A stretch of DNA of 64,000 nucleotides, taken from Octopus sinensis. Its lineage: Eukaryota. The notes beneath the pieces are model-generated. The model had not been told where the DNA came from. It saw only the letters and a program-made list of their open reading frames with translations, and made no database searches. Positions within the stretch are counted from its first letter, which is position 1, and every line of letters starts with the position of its first letter. The stretch is from the NCBI RefSeq assembly GCF_006345805.1, contig NC_043019.1, positions 20,707,360 to 20,771,359 of the forward strand, in the 5' to 3' direction. Made by a program: the position numbers and the translations under genes. Below are positions 62,346-64,000 of the stretch, one piece after another.

Positions 62346-62740
62346 CTTTGGTTTCAGACCTTTTAAGGTCTAGCCACTGACCACACAAGACACAGCCAGT
62401 TCCAACGACAAATCCACAGCAGCTACGTCAAGACTTACTAACTTTGTCCAACAGCATTACGGCAACCTCCACCTTCGTCGCCATCATCATGTTTTCAACG
62501 TCATCAACATCATCTCTCTACGTACACAGCTCAACAAGCAACTCGCTCAGGTTTCAACACTTCACTGTTCGTAAATTACTTCACCATGGATCAACAGCGA
62601 ATATATTAATACAACCTGCGATACCTCCTGTACCAAGTGACCCAGGCAGCAGCATCACAGCCACGACTTCACGTACGACATGTACCGCAACCGGCTCAGC
62701 ATAATGGCCGCAACTTCTTGATACAGTATTTCAACTATTA

Positions 62741-62972
62741 TGGCGGCGAGCTGGCGGAACTGTTAGCACGCCGGGCGAAATGCGTAGCCGTATTTCGTCT
62801 ACCGCTACATTCTGAGTTCAAATTCCGCCGAGGTCGACTTTGCCTTTCATCCTTTCGGAGTCGATTAAATAAGTACCAGTTACGCACTGGGGTCCACATA
62901 ATCGACTTGATCCGTTTGTTTGTCCTTGTTCGTCCCCTCTGTGTTTGACCCCTTGTGGGTAGTAAAGAAATA
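62741..62972 (+). mobile_element. full-length SINE family D
   Basis: 13-bp TSD AGTATTTCAACTA (62725-37, 62973-85). Confidence 0.9.
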
Positions 62973-63001
62973 AGTATTTCAACTACCGTGTACAATTGAC
63001 T

Positions 63002-63321
63002 CCCAGACCGGGCGTTGTAAGTGTTTATTGAGCGAAAACACCTAAAGCTCCATGAGGCTCCGGCAGGGATGGTGGTGATCCCTGCTGTACTCTTTCACCA
63101 CAACTTTCTCTCACTCTTACTTCCTGTTTCTGTTGTACCTGTATTTCGAAGGGCCGGCCTTGTCACTCTCTGTGTCACGCTGAATATCCCCGAGAACTAC
63201 GTTAAGGGTACACGTGTCTGTGGAATGCTCAGCCACTTACACGTTAATTTCACGAGCAGGCTGTTCCGTTGATCGGATCAACCGGAACCCTCGTCGTCGT
63301 AACCGACGGAGTGCTTCCACC
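63002..63321 (+). mobile_element. 5'-truncated SINE C1
   Basis: 10-bp TSD ACAATTGACT (62992-63001, 63322-31). Confidence 0.9.
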
Positions 63322-63733
63322 ACAATTGACTACGAACTGGTATTCTCATTCTTGTGTCTATGAACATTTGTCTAACTTCTCATTATAGACTCTTTTAGCC
63401 TTCTTCATTGCTATTCTTATCTGTACATAACGCACACGCATACATCCATGTCTATACACACATACACTTTGTTCTCATGGCGGCCTGTTTATTATTCTGT
63501 ATACATAACGCACACACAGATATACATGTTAGCATATCAATAAGTCTTCTCTTAAACAGTCTACTCGGTTGTGTCTCTATTTTCCCCTCTGGCACATATA
63601 TGTATTATTCTTTTTATAGTTATTGTAAGGACTGTGCGATATACCTGAGACACATTCTCGTCACCTCGCATCGCACGGTCCTTACACACCTTTTGTTATC
63701 GCTGCTCATCTACTTCAGCTCTACTCAGAGTAT

Positions 63734-64000
63734 GTGGAGGCGCAATGGCCCAGTGGTTAGGGCAGCGGACTCGCGGTCATAGGATCGCGGTTTCGATTCC
63801 CAGACCGGGCGTTGTGAGTGTTTATTGAGCAAAAACACCTAAAAGTTCCACGAGGCTCCGGCAGGGGATGGTGGTGATCCCTGCTGTACTCTTTCACCAC
63901 AACTTTCTCATACTTCCTGTTTCTGTTGTACCTGTATTTCAAAGGGCCGGCCTTGTCACTCTCTGTGTCACGCTGAATATCCCCGAGAACTACGTTAAGG
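63734..64000 (+). mobile_element. SINE C1, runs off window end
   Basis: Intact tRNA-like head and C1 tail start. Confidence 0.9.

Noticed and set aside
63734-63810. tRNA gene (and the other A/B-box heads)
   Set aside because: The tRNA-like head continues directly into SINE body and tail, with no acceptor stem or oligo-T terminator.

Overview
AT-rich, repeat-dominated animal genomic DNA. I recognise the microsatellite load and SINE/LINE families as octopus-like; this is recognition, not a database match. There is no intact long ORF, and almost all entries in the ORF track are translations of microsatellites or SINEs. The window contains: (i) many tRNA-headed SINEs built from shuffled head/body/tail modules, some in head-to-tail arrays; (ii) 5'-truncated LINEs (two RTE families, CR1, and a ~2.3 kb Tx1/L1-clade RT relic); (iii) DNA transposon relics and MITEs (hAT, Tc1, DD37D/maT, mariner, piggyBac-like, and a GG-ended 8-bp-TSD group including a TTAGGG-carrying MITE and a 47-bp micro-element); (iv) Helitron RepHel relics, one carrying a SINE and duplicated 24.6 kb away, plus five ~395-bp non-autonomous Helitrons; (v) Penelope-like element (PLE) relics and (TA)n-embedded foldbacks carrying minimal hammerhead-ribozyme motifs, one with a canonical core and two families with recurring variant cores. 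The hammerhead set is the best candidate for a novel system. Small phase-compatible + strand exons (2-8 kb) suggest an unidentified host gene. Promoter-like CpG-rich patches occur at ~36.4, ~57 and ~59.5 kb. All coordinates and alignments were made by eye.
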